A stretch of DNA of 20,000 nt from an uncultured virus (IMG/VR IMGVR_UViG_3300028800_000070) (taxonomy: Duplodnaviria; Heunggongvirae; Uroviricota; Caudoviricetes). The stretch lies in IMG/VR virus record IMGVR_UViG_3300028800_000070; one strand, written 5' to 3'. Position numbers and translations under genes: made by a program. Shown here piece after piece: positions 1-9,242 of this stretch (position 1 is its first letter; every line of letters begins with the position of its first letter). Under the pieces are notes generated by a model, which saw only the letters and a list, made by a program, of their open reading frames with translations, ran no database searches and was not told the DNA's origin.

Positions 1-3000
1 CCAAAAGTGTTACTATTCTGAAATCCTGCATACAGCTTACCATCTCTCGCAATAAGGCATCCTACTTTTACCATGTTATTTGTGTTGTCTCCAATAGACA
101 ACGGGTTATCAAAGCCTACACTCATGGGATCTTGATCTGTATATTGACCATAACTATAAATACCATTATGAATAGTTGAAGAATTACTGTTAAGTGCAGC
201 ACCAATTCTATTAATCCCGTTCCACATTGTCATGGCTCCTGGCGCAATCTCAACCGTGTCACCCAGAGCAACATTAGGTAATCTAAAGGCAACAGTAGCA
301 TCCGTACGGGCTGTATATCTGAAGGTTGATGGATAACCAGTATACTCAAGCATTGTCCCTTTATATCCTGCTGCTATCAGTAACCCACCTTGAGTGCCAA
401 TCATGGCATTAACCCCACCTTGCGAGACTAAAAGACTATCAATATATGTATCAGACTCACCATCCCAGAAGAACAAAATACCCCTGTCACTATCAGTAAT
501 TTGATTACCAAACCACATACCAATAACAATATATTGCTGCCAGAAAGTCAGACTTCGGATTCGATAACCAGAGGGGAAAATAAGACGGGCTGGATTATAC
601 ACATTTCCTGCCTGTAATGTGGCTAAATACCTCTCGTTTGCGATACAAGTAAAGTTTTGAAACTGTACTGCCATATGGTAAATATCATCAACAAGTATTT
701 GGAAATAGGTTGCAAGGTACGCTGTTCCTAATTGTGAGGCTGTTCCAGTAACAACTTTACCATCATTAACAGTTGAGGTTACATGAACATGATAATCAGC
801 GTTTAAAACAATTCGCTCAGAATTTGGGAATTTAAACTCATAAATACCAGTTTGCAAATCAGCGTTAAGAACAGTCATTGTCGCCACAACATCGTTTAAC
901 TCATCATGTACCGTTACTGTCCAGTTACCAGTTCCTACCGTATCAATATCAAGAGCAAGCGATTTGAATGGCTCTTTGGTAGGAGTAAAAGGAAGTTTGT
1001 TTGCTGTTGCTTCGCTCAGTGAGGTCAATAATGTATACGTAAATCCAGTGTTACTTAAAAGTACATCCTGATCGCCACGAATTGTCACACCTTTAAAAGC
1101 TACATCTGTTGAATACGTTGGAGTATTATTGCCAGTCAAGGTATTGTTTGCGCTCGTCTGTACATCTGTCAACGCTCCATCAAACGGATAGTAAGCCACT
1201 AAGTTATCTTCAGCTCCCGACAATACTTGGTTGTAATAAGCGGATATTTCAGCGGCACTTCTTACATCAGCCCAAATACGCACATCATCTATCAAACCAT
1301 CATAAAAGCCTGTCTTTGCACTACCACTATTCACATAACAACCAATACCAAAGATTGCAGCGTTTTGATTGATTGCTGTTTTCGTGCCTATTTTTGTGCC
1401 TATTGGTTGAGCATTTTCATAAAAAATAGCAGTCGAAGTAGACGATTGCCAAGAGACACTATAGAATTTATACACTTCCGTAAAATCATCAATGCTTTGT
1501 GTGTATGTTTCAAAAGTTGAATCATCAGAAGAAATATAGAGCCTGAGAGCGTAACCATTAGCTAATCCCAGGTTATTATCTTGAATTGCATTAAATGTAG
1601 GCAACGTAGTTCCCGTGGGTGTAGACGAGAAATAATCAATAACAACACGACCATCTGATCCAGCAGGAAGTACTCCAGATGCCTGTCCACCTGTTGCTGT
1701 AATAGTATTCGTTCCCACATTAGGTGCTGATTGTATTCTAAGATAAACAAAGCCTCCGGCTCCTGCTGCTGAATAATGTCCATCATTCCCGTCTTGATGC
1801 GCATTTCCACCATTTGCCTGAATTAAACCAGTACCAGTCATACTTGCCCCTGTTATATAAACTCCTCCACCACCACTTGAGCCTCCCCATACGTCAATTG
1901 ATTCACGACCTGCACCACCACCAGCCGCACCATAAAGAAATGTTGTTAAATCTGATGCATCAGGTGCGATATTTCCTGCCTGCCCAACAATGTATCCCGC
2001 TCCGCGACCATACCCATTATTTCCTGTATTTGCGTGTCCTGCTGAACCTCCACTGGCTGTACCCCCCGAGCTATTTGTATTTTCTCCACCACCACCAGCT
2101 GATCCATTAGATGAGGTTGATCGAATACCAACTCCTACTTCTGACTCACCTTGATATCCTGGAACATTAACACCACCGACACCATTACCACCTCTGAAAC
2201 CACCACCCGTTGCACCCGTATTAGAACTGGTAAACGTACCATTTGCTACAATATTCCCATTTCTTGTAAAAATACCATTATATAGAAATGCTAAAAGTCC
2301 TCCGGTTGTTCCATTCCACGCTTTTGCTGTCCATGTAACACCAGTATTTATCGTAACGTTTATATATTGTTTCAAGACTAATACTTGGGCACCCGTCGTA
2401 TAAGTTCTTTGAAGTGGATTCACTAATGTAATTGTTCCACTGGTATAACTCTGAATTGTTCCGCGTTCTTTTTGTCCTGCATTTGTTCCCTGTGTCTGAT
2501 AAATAAGAATCTCTTGGCCATTTGTAAATGATGCGTTTGTAGCTGATAAATTGATACTCCCAGTAGTTCCCGTACAAGCTGAGTCAATTGGTGCATCAGT
2601 GGTGTTCGTTGAGATCGTGATTGAGCTATCTTGTCCATTACCAATTTCAGCAGAAGTAGGAATAATATCTAATTTATACCCTAACTTTGAGCCTGACTCA
2701 TCCCATTTGGAAATAATTGACATTTTATTTGTGCCAGTTGGTAAAGAGGTAGGTTTCAAATATGCCTCAAGCGTCATATCTCCTGCCAGTTGGAGCGATG
2801 AAGTTGAGGCACGTGTAGCTGATTGACTGGATGCTGCAACAAGTAGTAAAGCATCAAGGTTTGTTGGTGCGCCTCCTGATGTTTCAAGGAAGTTATTATA
2901 ATAATTACCCGTTGCCATATCCCGTCTGGTAATTGAAGTATTTGTTGGAATATAGAGCTGATTTGTTTCAGCAAAATAGACTATCCCGTTACCGCTTGAA

Positions 3001-3320
3001 TCTGGAACTGTATAGTCAAGAGTGACATTATCGCTTTCATCTACTGCGTAAATGTTCCCTGTATTACCATGCCAAAAAAGCGTGTTTGTTTGATCGTCTT
3101 CAAGCGCATCATCGTTATGGGCAACATCCGCAAACATAGGAAGATCAGTCACGATAGATCCGGATATTTTGACAGTTTGTGGATAGGTGGTTTGTTGAGC
3201 TGGATCACTACGAAAGTCAAGCGAACGAGCCCAAGCAAAAGAATTTGGTGGGCCTAATTTCTTACTGATTGTAGAAATGCCACCACTAAGAGTTTGTAAT
3301 TTACCTAGTTGAGCTGCCAT
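1..3320 (-). CDS. Large tail/nozzle (DNA-stabilization-type) virion protein containing a split LamG/concanavalin-like domain and a Gly-rich adhesin-like insert; 3' end outside the window (>1106 aa)
   Basis: Manual translation from ATG at 3320 (MAAQLGKLQTLSGGISTISKKLGPPNSFAWARSLDFRSDP...) is open to the window edge (...KLYAGFQNSNTF). It has LamG motifs (MTLEAYLKP...SIISKW; FYDGLIDDVRIW; LVAYYPFD) and lies directly after the adaptor gene. It is missing from the ORF track because its stop is outside the window. Confidence 0.8.
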   Translation of the reverse strand, partial: MAAQLGKLQTLSGGISTISKKLGPPNSFAWARSLDFRSDPAQQTTYPQTVKISGSIVTDLPMFADVAHNDDALEDDQTNTLFWHGNTGNIYAVDESDNVTLDYTVPDSSGNGIVYFAETNQLYIPTNTSITRRDMATGNYYNNFLETSGGAPTNLDALLLVAASSQSATRASTSSLQLAGDMTLEAYLKPTSLPTGTNKMSIISKWDESGSKLGYKLDIIPTSAEIGNGQDSSITISTNTTDAPIDSACTGTTGSINLSATNASFTNGQEILIYQTQGTNAGQKERGTIQSYTSGTITLVNPLQRTYTTGAQVLVLKQYINVTINTGVTWTAKAWNGTTGGLLAFLYNGIFTRNGNIVANGTFTSSNTGATGGGFRGGNGVGGVNVPGYQGESEVGVGIRSTSSNGSAGGGGENTNSSGGTASGGSAGHANTGNNGYGRGAGYIVGQAGNIAPDASDLTTFLYGAAGGGAGRESIDVWGGSSGGGGVYITGASMTGTGLIQANGGNAHQDGNDGHYSAAGAGGFVYLRIQSAPNVGTNTITATGGQASGVLPAGSDGRVVIDYFSSTPTGTTLPTFNAIQDNNLGLANGYALRLYISSDDSTFETYTQSIDDFTEVYKFYSVSWQSSTSTAIFYENAQPIGTKIGTKTAINQNAAIFGIGCYVNSGSAKTGFYDGLIDDVRIWADVRSAAEISAYYNQVLSGAEDNLVAYYPFDGALTDVQTSANNTLTGNNTPTYSTDVAFKGVTIRGDQDVLLSNTGFTYTLLTSLSEATANKLPFTPTKEPFKSLALDIDTVGTGNWTVTVHDELNDVVATMTVLNADLQTGIYEFKFPNSERIVLNADYHVHVTSTVNDGKVVTGTASQLGTAYLATYFQILVDDIYHMAVQFQNFTCIANERYLATLQAGNVYNPARLIFPSGYRIRSLTFWQQYIVIGMWFGNQITDSDRGILFFWDGESDTYIDSLLVSQGGVNAMIGTQGGLLIAAGYKGTMLEYTGYPSTFRYTARTDATVAFRLPNVALGDTVEIAPGAMTMWNGINRIGAALNSNSSTIHNGIYSYGQYTDQDPMSVGFDNPLSIGDNTNNMVKVGCLIARDGKLYAGFQNSNTF

Positions 3321-3324
3321 AGTA

Positions 3325-4305
3325 TTAGCTTGCTGAAATTATCGTAGTCCAAGAAGCGTCACGTATGATATCAGCCATTGCCGTTGATCCACCTGTCTCA
3401 ACAAGACCGCTATTATCACGGCCTTTTTCAAGTAGATCATTCAAAACATTTAATACGCCACCGTTAAACTCACCTTCACGATTAGCATTGTTATAATCTC
3501 CCGTGTAGTAATAATTAAGATATGACTGTGCAAGCGTTGGGTTTCGTCTTCGTATTCCATAATATGCAGCCCCAACACGATACGGTATAAATTGGTGTAA
3601 ATCTTCAGGTACTTCAGGTGATTGACCGATAACAAAGGTGAGTCCACTAGCGGATGTATCAATCACATTTCTATCAACTGCGATATGGGTAGCATCTGTG
3701 TATGTTGCAACTCGGTAGAAATTCCCGTTCGGGATTCCATTTGTATCGGTTGTTGCAAGCCACGAACCAACCATACTAGCAGTAAAGGTGGTACCACTGC
3801 CAACGATATTAGGAGTACCATTATCTAATGTTATTGTTCCCGTATTATAATCCGTTGCAGTCATGTTTAGTGGTATCCAAAGGCCAGTAAGTGTCATTGT
3901 GTAAACCGATTGTGGAGTTGGATAAATGCCATAAGTGTCACGTCTTGGGAAAACTGCTTGCGGCCATCCTGAGATTGTAGGTACGGATTGTAGTACATTC
4001 CACTCAGCTTCTGACTCAACAATTCTTAATGGTGGTACGTATGTTCCGACATTAACCGTCAATGAAGTAAGTTTTGAGAATCCTGGACGGAAATTATAAT
4101 AGATTTGATTTGCGACAGTTACATCAGTATATGGTGGTGGTTGCAGTTTATACTTTTTTAGAAGATTGAAAAGATCAGTGTTGGTATTGTTGATTTCCCG
4201 TTTGATAAAAGTTGCTGTATCAGAGAGTCCAGTATAAGAAGTTGCATCATCATCAATACAAACATCCTGTGAATCTTGAATCAGTTGACTAAATGTCATT
4301 CTCAT
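3325..4305 (-). CDS. Head-to-tail adaptor/connector protein with an inserted beta-rich domain
   Basis: 326 aa. The pattern MTFSQL...FIKREIN...TVANQIYY...GIYPTP...PEDLHQFI resembles podophage adaptors, with a TGTITLDNGTPNIVGSGTTFT insert. It lies before the nozzle-type gene. Confidence 0.65.
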   Translation of the reverse strand: MRMTFSQLIQDSQDVCIDDDATSYTGLSDTATFIKREINNTNTDLFNLLKKYKLQPPPYTDVTVANQIYYNFRPGFSKLTSLTVNVGTYVPPLRIVESEAEWNVLQSVPTISGWPQAVFPRRDTYGIYPTPQSVYTMTLTGLWIPLNMTATDYNTGTITLDNGTPNIVGSGTTFTASMVGSWLATTDTNGIPNGNFYRVATYTDATHIAVDRNVIDTSASGLTFVIGQSPEVPEDLHQFIPYRVGAAYYGIRRRNPTLAQSYLNYYYTGDYNNANREGEFNGGVLNVLNDLLEKGRDNSGLVETGGSTAMADIIRDASWTTIISAS

Positions 4306-4325
4306 CTAAATTATTGTAGCAGATT

Positions 4326-4811
4326 TTAGGAAGTTGTAGGAGGATCTGGTACGGGTTCAAGTGCTGGTGTTGGATCTGTTATATTTTCAGGGGTAAGTTC
4401 TGAAATTGTTGCAGTAGCAGTTCCATCATCAACGCTTTCATTGTCAACAATTGGCTCTGCTGGTGTTTCTGGTGTTGGTTCAACGGCTGTTTGTGCAGGT
4501 GGGGTTGGTTCCGGCTCTGTAGGGACATCTGGTGACGTTGTAGGCTCAGGATTTGCGGGTGTTTCCTCAACTGGTGGCGTTGGTTCATCAACAACAGGTG
4601 CTAATGGCTCAGCTTCTTTTACCGATGCTTCAATATTTGCCTCATCTTCCTGTTTTCCTAGTCTATCCAAAATGATAGCAAATACCGCAACCTTTTTTGG
4701 CTCATCAAATTTCCCTGCTTCCGCTAATTTCTTAACGTAAGGAATTATATCCTCGTTAGAATTGCAGCGATATTTAAATAATTGTTCTAGTTGCTGGTGT
4801 AATTTTGCCAT
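4326..4811 (-). CDS. Hypothetical protein with an acidic Pro/Glu/Thr-rich disordered C-terminus
   Basis: 161-aa ORF in the operon; helical N-terminus followed by PEPT/PTPP low-complexity sequence. Confidence 0.7.
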   Translation of the reverse strand: MAKLHQQLEQLFKYRCNSNEDIIPYVKKLAEAGKFDEPKKVAVFAIILDRLGKQEDEANIEASVKEAEPLAPVVDEPTPPVEETPANPEPTTSPDVPTEPEPTPPAQTAVEPTPETPAEPIVDNESVDDGTATATISELTPENITDPTPALEPVPDPPTTS

Positions 4812-4818
4812 AGTGTTA

Positions 4819-5433
4819 TTATACTATACTTTGTATTAGCTCAGCCTTGCGTTTATCTTCATCAGACATACTCTGTTGCTGAGCATCATGTGCAAGTGAA
4901 ACTTCCTTATCAGTCATTCCTAACTTTTCCATGATTTGTCTGACATTACTTTGTGAGGTATCAACTGGCTTTTCCTGTACGACTTCACCCATTCCTATTT
5001 CTTCATTACTTCGTCTGACACATCCAAGCATTAACTGTGGGATAATCTTTTCTTGTAACTGTCTATTATTAACTTTCAGTGCTAACCGTTCTTCCATTTG
5101 GCCTCGTTCTTCTAGGCGATATTGTAGCTTATCGACATCCCATTTAGCTCGTGAGATTGCTTGAATCATCAAGGCACATTTTTGCTCAGCGTATATTTCA
5201 GCGAGATAATACTTAACTTCAAGATTGCCCTTACCAAAGCCGACATCTTTATTACACCCTGGCACAATATATGGATTTGGTTCAAACCGTCTATTGTAGT
5301 AAAAAGCATAATCTTCCTCATCAGGATTGTGAATAAGCCAAATATCCTGAGTCTGATTGTACAACTCCATGTGTGCTTTGATTTGCGCTGGTGTACGTTC
5401 CTCTGGTGGAATTGAGTTCATGTTAAATGGCAT
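4819..5433 (-). CDS. Hypothetical phage protein
   Basis: 204-aa ORF tightly packed with its neighbours (TAACTATG stop-start junction). Confidence 0.75.
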   Translation of the reverse strand: MPFNMNSIPPEERTPAQIKAHMELYNQTQDIWLIHNPDEEDYAFYYNRRFEPNPYIVPGCNKDVGFGKGNLEVKYYLAEIYAEQKCALMIQAISRAKWDVDKLQYRLEERGQMEERLALKVNNRQLQEKIIPQLMLGCVRRSNEEIGMGEVVQEKPVDTSQSNVRQIMEKLGMTDKEVSLAHDAQQQSMSDEDKRKAELIQSIV

Positions 5434-5435
5434 AG

Positions 5436-5669
5436 TTAGCTATCTCCTTTCTTTTTTATTGTCATAACCAAAACAGGTTTATCAGTAAAAATATAGCCTT
5501 TGCCCTCAACATACGGGTTTTTATCCGATAGCGCATCAAGTGATAATTCGTAGTTATTCATTGTAAGCCACTGTTGAAAGTGAGCGTTTGGATCATCAGG
5601 TAACATGGGTGTAACAGGTGGTGTTTCTGTTTGAGGAGCTTCTACAGGATTTTCTTTAGGGTCAGCCAT
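5436..5669 (-). CDS. Hypothetical protein
   Basis: 77-aa ORF with an upstream TGGTATACT extended -10 (5685-5693). Confidence 0.7.
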   Translation of the reverse strand: MADPKENPVEAPQTETPPVTPMLPDDPNAHFQQWLTMNNYELSLDALSDKNPYVEGKGYIFTDKPVLVMTIKKKGDS

Positions 5670-5712
5670 AAGTTAATTAATTATAGTATACCATAATTCT
5701 ATAAAGCAAGAG

Positions 5713-5799
5713 TTATGATCGAGATAAATACTGAATAAAGTTCTTTTCAGCTATAGTAACTACACGTTTGCGCTTGAATAATCGTCGTAACCACTTCAT
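5713..5799 (-). CDS. Small cationic amphipathic peptide (28 aa, MKWLRRLFKRKRVVTIAEKNFIQYLSRS)
   Basis: Manual translation. It fills the gap between 5669 and 5819 on the coding strand, with the TATG start context seen in many other genes here. Confidence 0.45.
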   Translation of the reverse strand: MKWLRRLFKRKRVVTIAEKNFIQYLSRS

Positions 5800-5818
5800 A
5801 CTAAAGTATTCCCTTCGG

Positions 5819-6346
5819 TCATATATCACTCATTATACGCTTTTGTTTAGCATCTCTGATATCTGCATTTTTCTCACGGATAACAATAACCTGCTGCTTC
5901 TCATCAAGTAATTCTTGCTCTTTTTTGAGTAGAGTTTGTGCCTTTAACAGTTCAGCTTTTTCAAGTTCCAGCTTTTCTTCACTTGCTTTGACCTTAGCCT
6001 CACGTTCTTCAAGTAACTTGATATTTTTCTCACGTAATTCAAGCTCATTTTCTTTCATTCGCACCTCAGCTCGCATAGTTTCTGCTGTTTCAAGCTCACC
6101 AACTGCTGCTTTCTTTAATTTCTCAGCCTCAAGCATTTTCTGTTCTGACTTTTCCTTTTGACCACGTAAGCCATTAACCTGCTCAACGATTAGATTGCTC
6201 TTACTGATGAGTTCTTCACGCTGGCGTTTGATACTGGCATTATCCTTTAGCACTTGTGACTCTTTGATTGCTAGTTCTTCTTGCCATGTAGTTAAAGCCT
6301 GGCGTAAGGTAGTTAATTCACGGTTAAAACTGTCAAGATTTATCAT
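5819..6346 (-). CDS. Coiled-coil protein
   Basis: 175 aa, E/K/L-rich heptad pattern; ATGA overlap with the upstream gene. Confidence 0.75.
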   Translation of the reverse strand: MINLDSFNRELTTLRQALTTWQEELAIKESQVLKDNASIKRQREELISKSNLIVEQVNGLRGQKEKSEQKMLEAEKLKKAAVGELETAETMRAEVRMKENELELREKNIKLLEEREAKVKASEEKLELEKAELLKAQTLLKKEQELLDEKQQVIVIREKNADIRDAKQKRIMSDI

Positions 6347-6627
6347 GGTTTTTTTACCTCGTACATTCTGATTTGATCTAATAATAGCTGATGATATATT
6401 GGTGTGATTACGCCTGACTTCCTGCTTTCCATCTGTTGTGCTAATCGTTCTGATACATGATCTGCTGCATAACGTGGCAACTTCAAGCTCTCACGCGCTT
6501 TTACCGTATAGGTTATGAACGCACCTTTATTATGGATGTCTGTTACTTCAAGACTGAAATCGTGCGCTGAAGGGTTGACAATTGAAACAAGCTCATCAAC
6601 GTCAACTTTGTCAATTGGTTCTAGCAT
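6343..6627 (-). CDS. Hypothetical protein
   Basis: 94 aa; TTGATT-17-TATACT promoter 6 nt before the ATG. Confidence 0.7.
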   Translation of the reverse strand: MLEPIDKVDVDELVSIVNPSAHDFSLEVTDIHNKGAFITYTVKARESLKLPRYAADHVSERLAQQMESRKSGVITPIYHQLLLDQIRMYEVKKP

Positions 6628-6663
6628 GAATTGAGTATAGTAGAGTATTTAAGGAAAATCAAT

Positions 6664-7191
6664 CTATAGAGTGGTGAGTTGAGCGTTTATACTAAGCGGT
6701 AGCCATCTTACGAAAAATTGCATGGCTCCTGTAGTTCCAGCGTCGCTCGTAGTATATACGTATTCTATATTAGTCGTAACTGTACCATTCGCATTAATAA
6801 CAAATGGTGAAAAGTACGTTGTCTCAAGTGTTGTAGGTTCAGAAACTACCGCTGCTGCTGAAGAAATAGCCACAAGTGCTGCTGCTGCCAATCCTTTTTT
6901 AACAACCATTGAACCAACCGCTTCGCTTGTTAAACTAACGCCTGTTGATAGTGTGATAGCTGGCGTGTTTGTAGCATCATTTAATCGAAAATATGCAGCC
7001 GTATGATTGCCTAATACTGTTGTGACAACTGCCCAAATTCCTAGGATTTGTACTGATCCTGCAACTGTGAAAATAGGGACATTAACTGTGGTATTATTAC
7101 CTACGAAAATCTTGGAGTTAGTGGCGAGGCATCCATTCGCGACATCCGGAACACCGTTACCGTCACGTGAGAATGAGCCTTTATATGTCAT
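6664..7191 (-). CDS. Putative virion structural (beta-sandwich, decoration-like) protein
   Basis: 175 aa, T/V/A/G-rich beta-strand composition, within the head module. Confidence 0.55.
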   Translation of the reverse strand: MTYKGSFSRDGNGVPDVANGCLATNSKIFVGNNTTVNVPIFTVAGSVQILGIWAVVTTVLGNHTAAYFRLNDATNTPAITLSTGVSLTSEAVGSMVVKKGLAAAALVAISSAAAVVSEPTTLETTYFSPFVINANGTVTTNIEYVYTTSDAGTTGAMQFFVRWLPLSINAQLTTL

Positions 7192-7210
7192 ACATAAAGT
7201 ATATCACAAA

Positions 7211-7816
7211 CTAATAGAAGTACGTACCGATATGGTTCATCTGTATTGTTGGAGAACACCAAACATCAAAACCTGCCTTACCAGCCTTAGCACAAAAATC
7301 TATATCCTCAGTGTGATGCTCACCATTTTCATCCTCATACGCTACAAAATATGGTTTTTCTAGTTTCTTAAACACGCTTGTTTTTATCAGCATAAAGCCA
7401 GTACCAAGACCAAACACTTTGAATAATCCTGCTGGAAATTCAGTGTTTACAAACTCTCCTTTTTTTGGATCTTTTTCAGGATCAGTTGGTTTAACGGTTG
7501 AGATAATCGGTTGTCCTGGAACACCACGAGCATTATACATAGCTGCAACAATGTCTTTATCATGGTCAATTAAGCGCATGATCCCTGATGGCGGAAAAAC
7601 CATATCAGCATCAATAAACATAATATGCGTTGATTTATTTTGCTTTGCTATCTCAACAATCTTATTCCTATTATGCGCAACATAGCCTCCGATTTGAATA
7701 GTAAGTTGATGCTCAACATTTTTTTCTTTCAGAAGATTCATTGCGCTAATAAGTGAGGTCATTGTTTCGGCTCTAACCGTACCGCCTGATGGCATACCAA
7801 TAGTGAGTGAATACAT
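7211..7816 (-). CDS. Glycosyltransferase family 2-like (GT-A fold) protein
   Basis: IGMPS N-terminus, HNRNKIV, FIDADMVF (DxD motif), GTGFMLI, EDIDFC and HIG motifs typical of phage GT2-like proteins. Confidence 0.85.
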   Translation of the reverse strand: MYSLTIGMPSGGTVRAETMTSLISAMNLLKEKNVEHQLTIQIGGYVAHNRNKIVEIAKQNKSTHIMFIDADMVFPPSGIMRLIDHDKDIVAAMYNARGVPGQPIISTVKPTDPEKDPKKGEFVNTEFPAGLFKVFGLGTGFMLIKTSVFKKLEKPYFVAYEDENGEHHTEDIDFCAKAGKAGFDVWCSPTIQMNHIGTYFY

Positions 7817-7867
7817 TGAAGGAATTATACTACAGTATGGAAGAGTAAGTCAATATGGTAGAGATTT

Positions 7868-8518
7868 TTAATAAGTATCGGCAACAGGGCCACGAGCGGT
7901 TGTGAAGGTTGTTGTTGCGTATGAAGCTGTTGTCACAAACGTTCCGTATGTCTCAGTTGTCTTAAGTGTTGCGCCAAAGTTACCGATTGCATGTGTCACA
8001 ATATATCCGGTTGTTGTTGAGCCTTGAATAGCAATGTAATACTTACCTGGACCAACGGCTGCATAAGGTGCTGTAAAAGGAATTTGTTGATACGCGTCTG
8101 CTGTTGCTTGTGCTGTAGTTGTCGCACTTTTTGCAACAATCGTACCTGCTGAGTTTGCTAACCCTACATTAAGACTTACTCCTGCATTTGTTGTGTGTCC
8201 ATTAAGAACTGAGATACCTGTGATTGTTGTATTAGCAGGAATGAAAACCTCAACAAAATAGGTATCCGTTGTAACAAGCTGAGTTTGTGTCAAACCTGTT
8301 GTAGCAACAGGGCCGATTTGTCCTGAATGAAAAACAGTAGGAACGGCTGCACTATTTGGTGGAACTATACCGCCTGTTGGAGGTGTCCATTTGCCACTCG
8401 ATGCTGAATAATCAATATTAGCAGTAGAGCCTGTAGGTGCCTTAAGATTACCCGCTCTATCCGAGTTTAAATTATTGGAAAGGATTCCTGGTAAAAATCG
8501 TTCAATATTGATAGCCAT
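7868..8518 (-). CDS. Putative virion structural/decoration protein
   Basis: 216 aa, Thr/Ala/Gly-rich beta protein (VGPGKYYIAIQ), second gene downstream of the MCP. Confidence 0.55.
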   Translation of the reverse strand: MAINIERFLPGILSNNLNSDRAGNLKAPTGSTANIDYSASSGKWTPPTGGIVPPNSAAVPTVFHSGQIGPVATTGLTQTQLVTTDTYFVEVFIPANTTITGISVLNGHTTNAGVSLNVGLANSAGTIVAKSATTTAQATADAYQQIPFTAPYAAVGPGKYYIAIQGSTTTGYIVTHAIGNFGATLKTTETYGTFVTTASYATTTFTTARGPVADTY

Positions 8519-8520
8519 AA

Positions 8521-9240
8521 TTAGATATTGATTTTAGCCGTAATGAGTTTGGCTGAAGATAATGCGCGGGTAACGTGGCCTAAAAATGCTCGTCCAGTTC
8601 CTGCAACAAATACTCCTGCTGCTCCTGCTGTTGCACCTGAGTTTGCAATTGCTGATCCTACTGCGCCTGATGTGTTATCAGAGAGAACACCACACTCACC
8701 GTATGTTTGAAGCCAACCATAAGCATTTGCTGGAATTGCGTATATTGCTACACCAACTATTACGCCTGTTAAAGTCGTTGGTGCTTGAACCACACCACCG
8801 TATAAGTTTCTCATTGTTGCAGTGTTACTGGTTGTTAATGCAACCGCGAGTGGTGCATCAAGCTGTAAGATTACATTACCTGTGGTCGTACTTTGTGCGG
8901 CATGAGCGACAATTGTTCTTTCTTCACCTGTTGAAAACGTAACTGATCCACCTTGAAATTGATTAGCAGTGACGGCAGTTCCGCCAAGTGTTACCGTTAC
9001 TTGTCTATCGCCAATTGCCTGAGCATTAACAATGACTAAATCATCAAAGTTAGCTGAGATTGCTGGTGCTTGAATGACATTACCTACAACAAGTGCGGTT
9101 CCAGCGTTTAGCACTCGGACAAATTTTTTGCCAACTGATCCATCAATTTGATCTCCTAATGCTTCACCAGCACCGAGTACTGTTTGTGAGACATATGGTG
9201 ATCCTCCTGCTATAATGTTTGGTCCTGTTATTTTAGCCAT
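8521..9240 (-). CDS. Capsid cement/decoration protein
   Basis: Immediately downstream of the MCP. Motifs GKKFVRV...ALVVG and VGVAIYAIPANAYGWLQTYGECGV are typical of post-capsid cement proteins. Confidence 0.65.
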   Translation of the reverse strand: MAKITGPNIIAGGSPYVSQTVLGAGEALGDQIDGSVGKKFVRVLNAGTALVVGNVIQAPAISANFDDLVIVNAQAIGDRQVTVTLGGTAVTANQFQGGSVTFSTGEERTIVAHAAQSTTTGNVILQLDAPLAVALTTSNTATMRNLYGGVVQAPTTLTGVIVGVAIYAIPANAYGWLQTYGECGVLSDNTSGAVGSAIANSGATAGAAGVFVAGTGRAFLGHVTRALSSAKLITAKINI

Positions 9241-9242
9241 AG

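Noticed and set aside
1800..1870. Suspected frameshift in the Gly-rich part of the tail gene
   Set aside because: Re-reading shows a continuous frame (GGGGVYITGASMTGTGLIQANGG), and the frame at the window edge matches ATG 3320.
1109..3257. Many short ORFs on both strands in the ORF track
   Set aside because: They are shadows of the single long minus-strand ORF 3320..<1.
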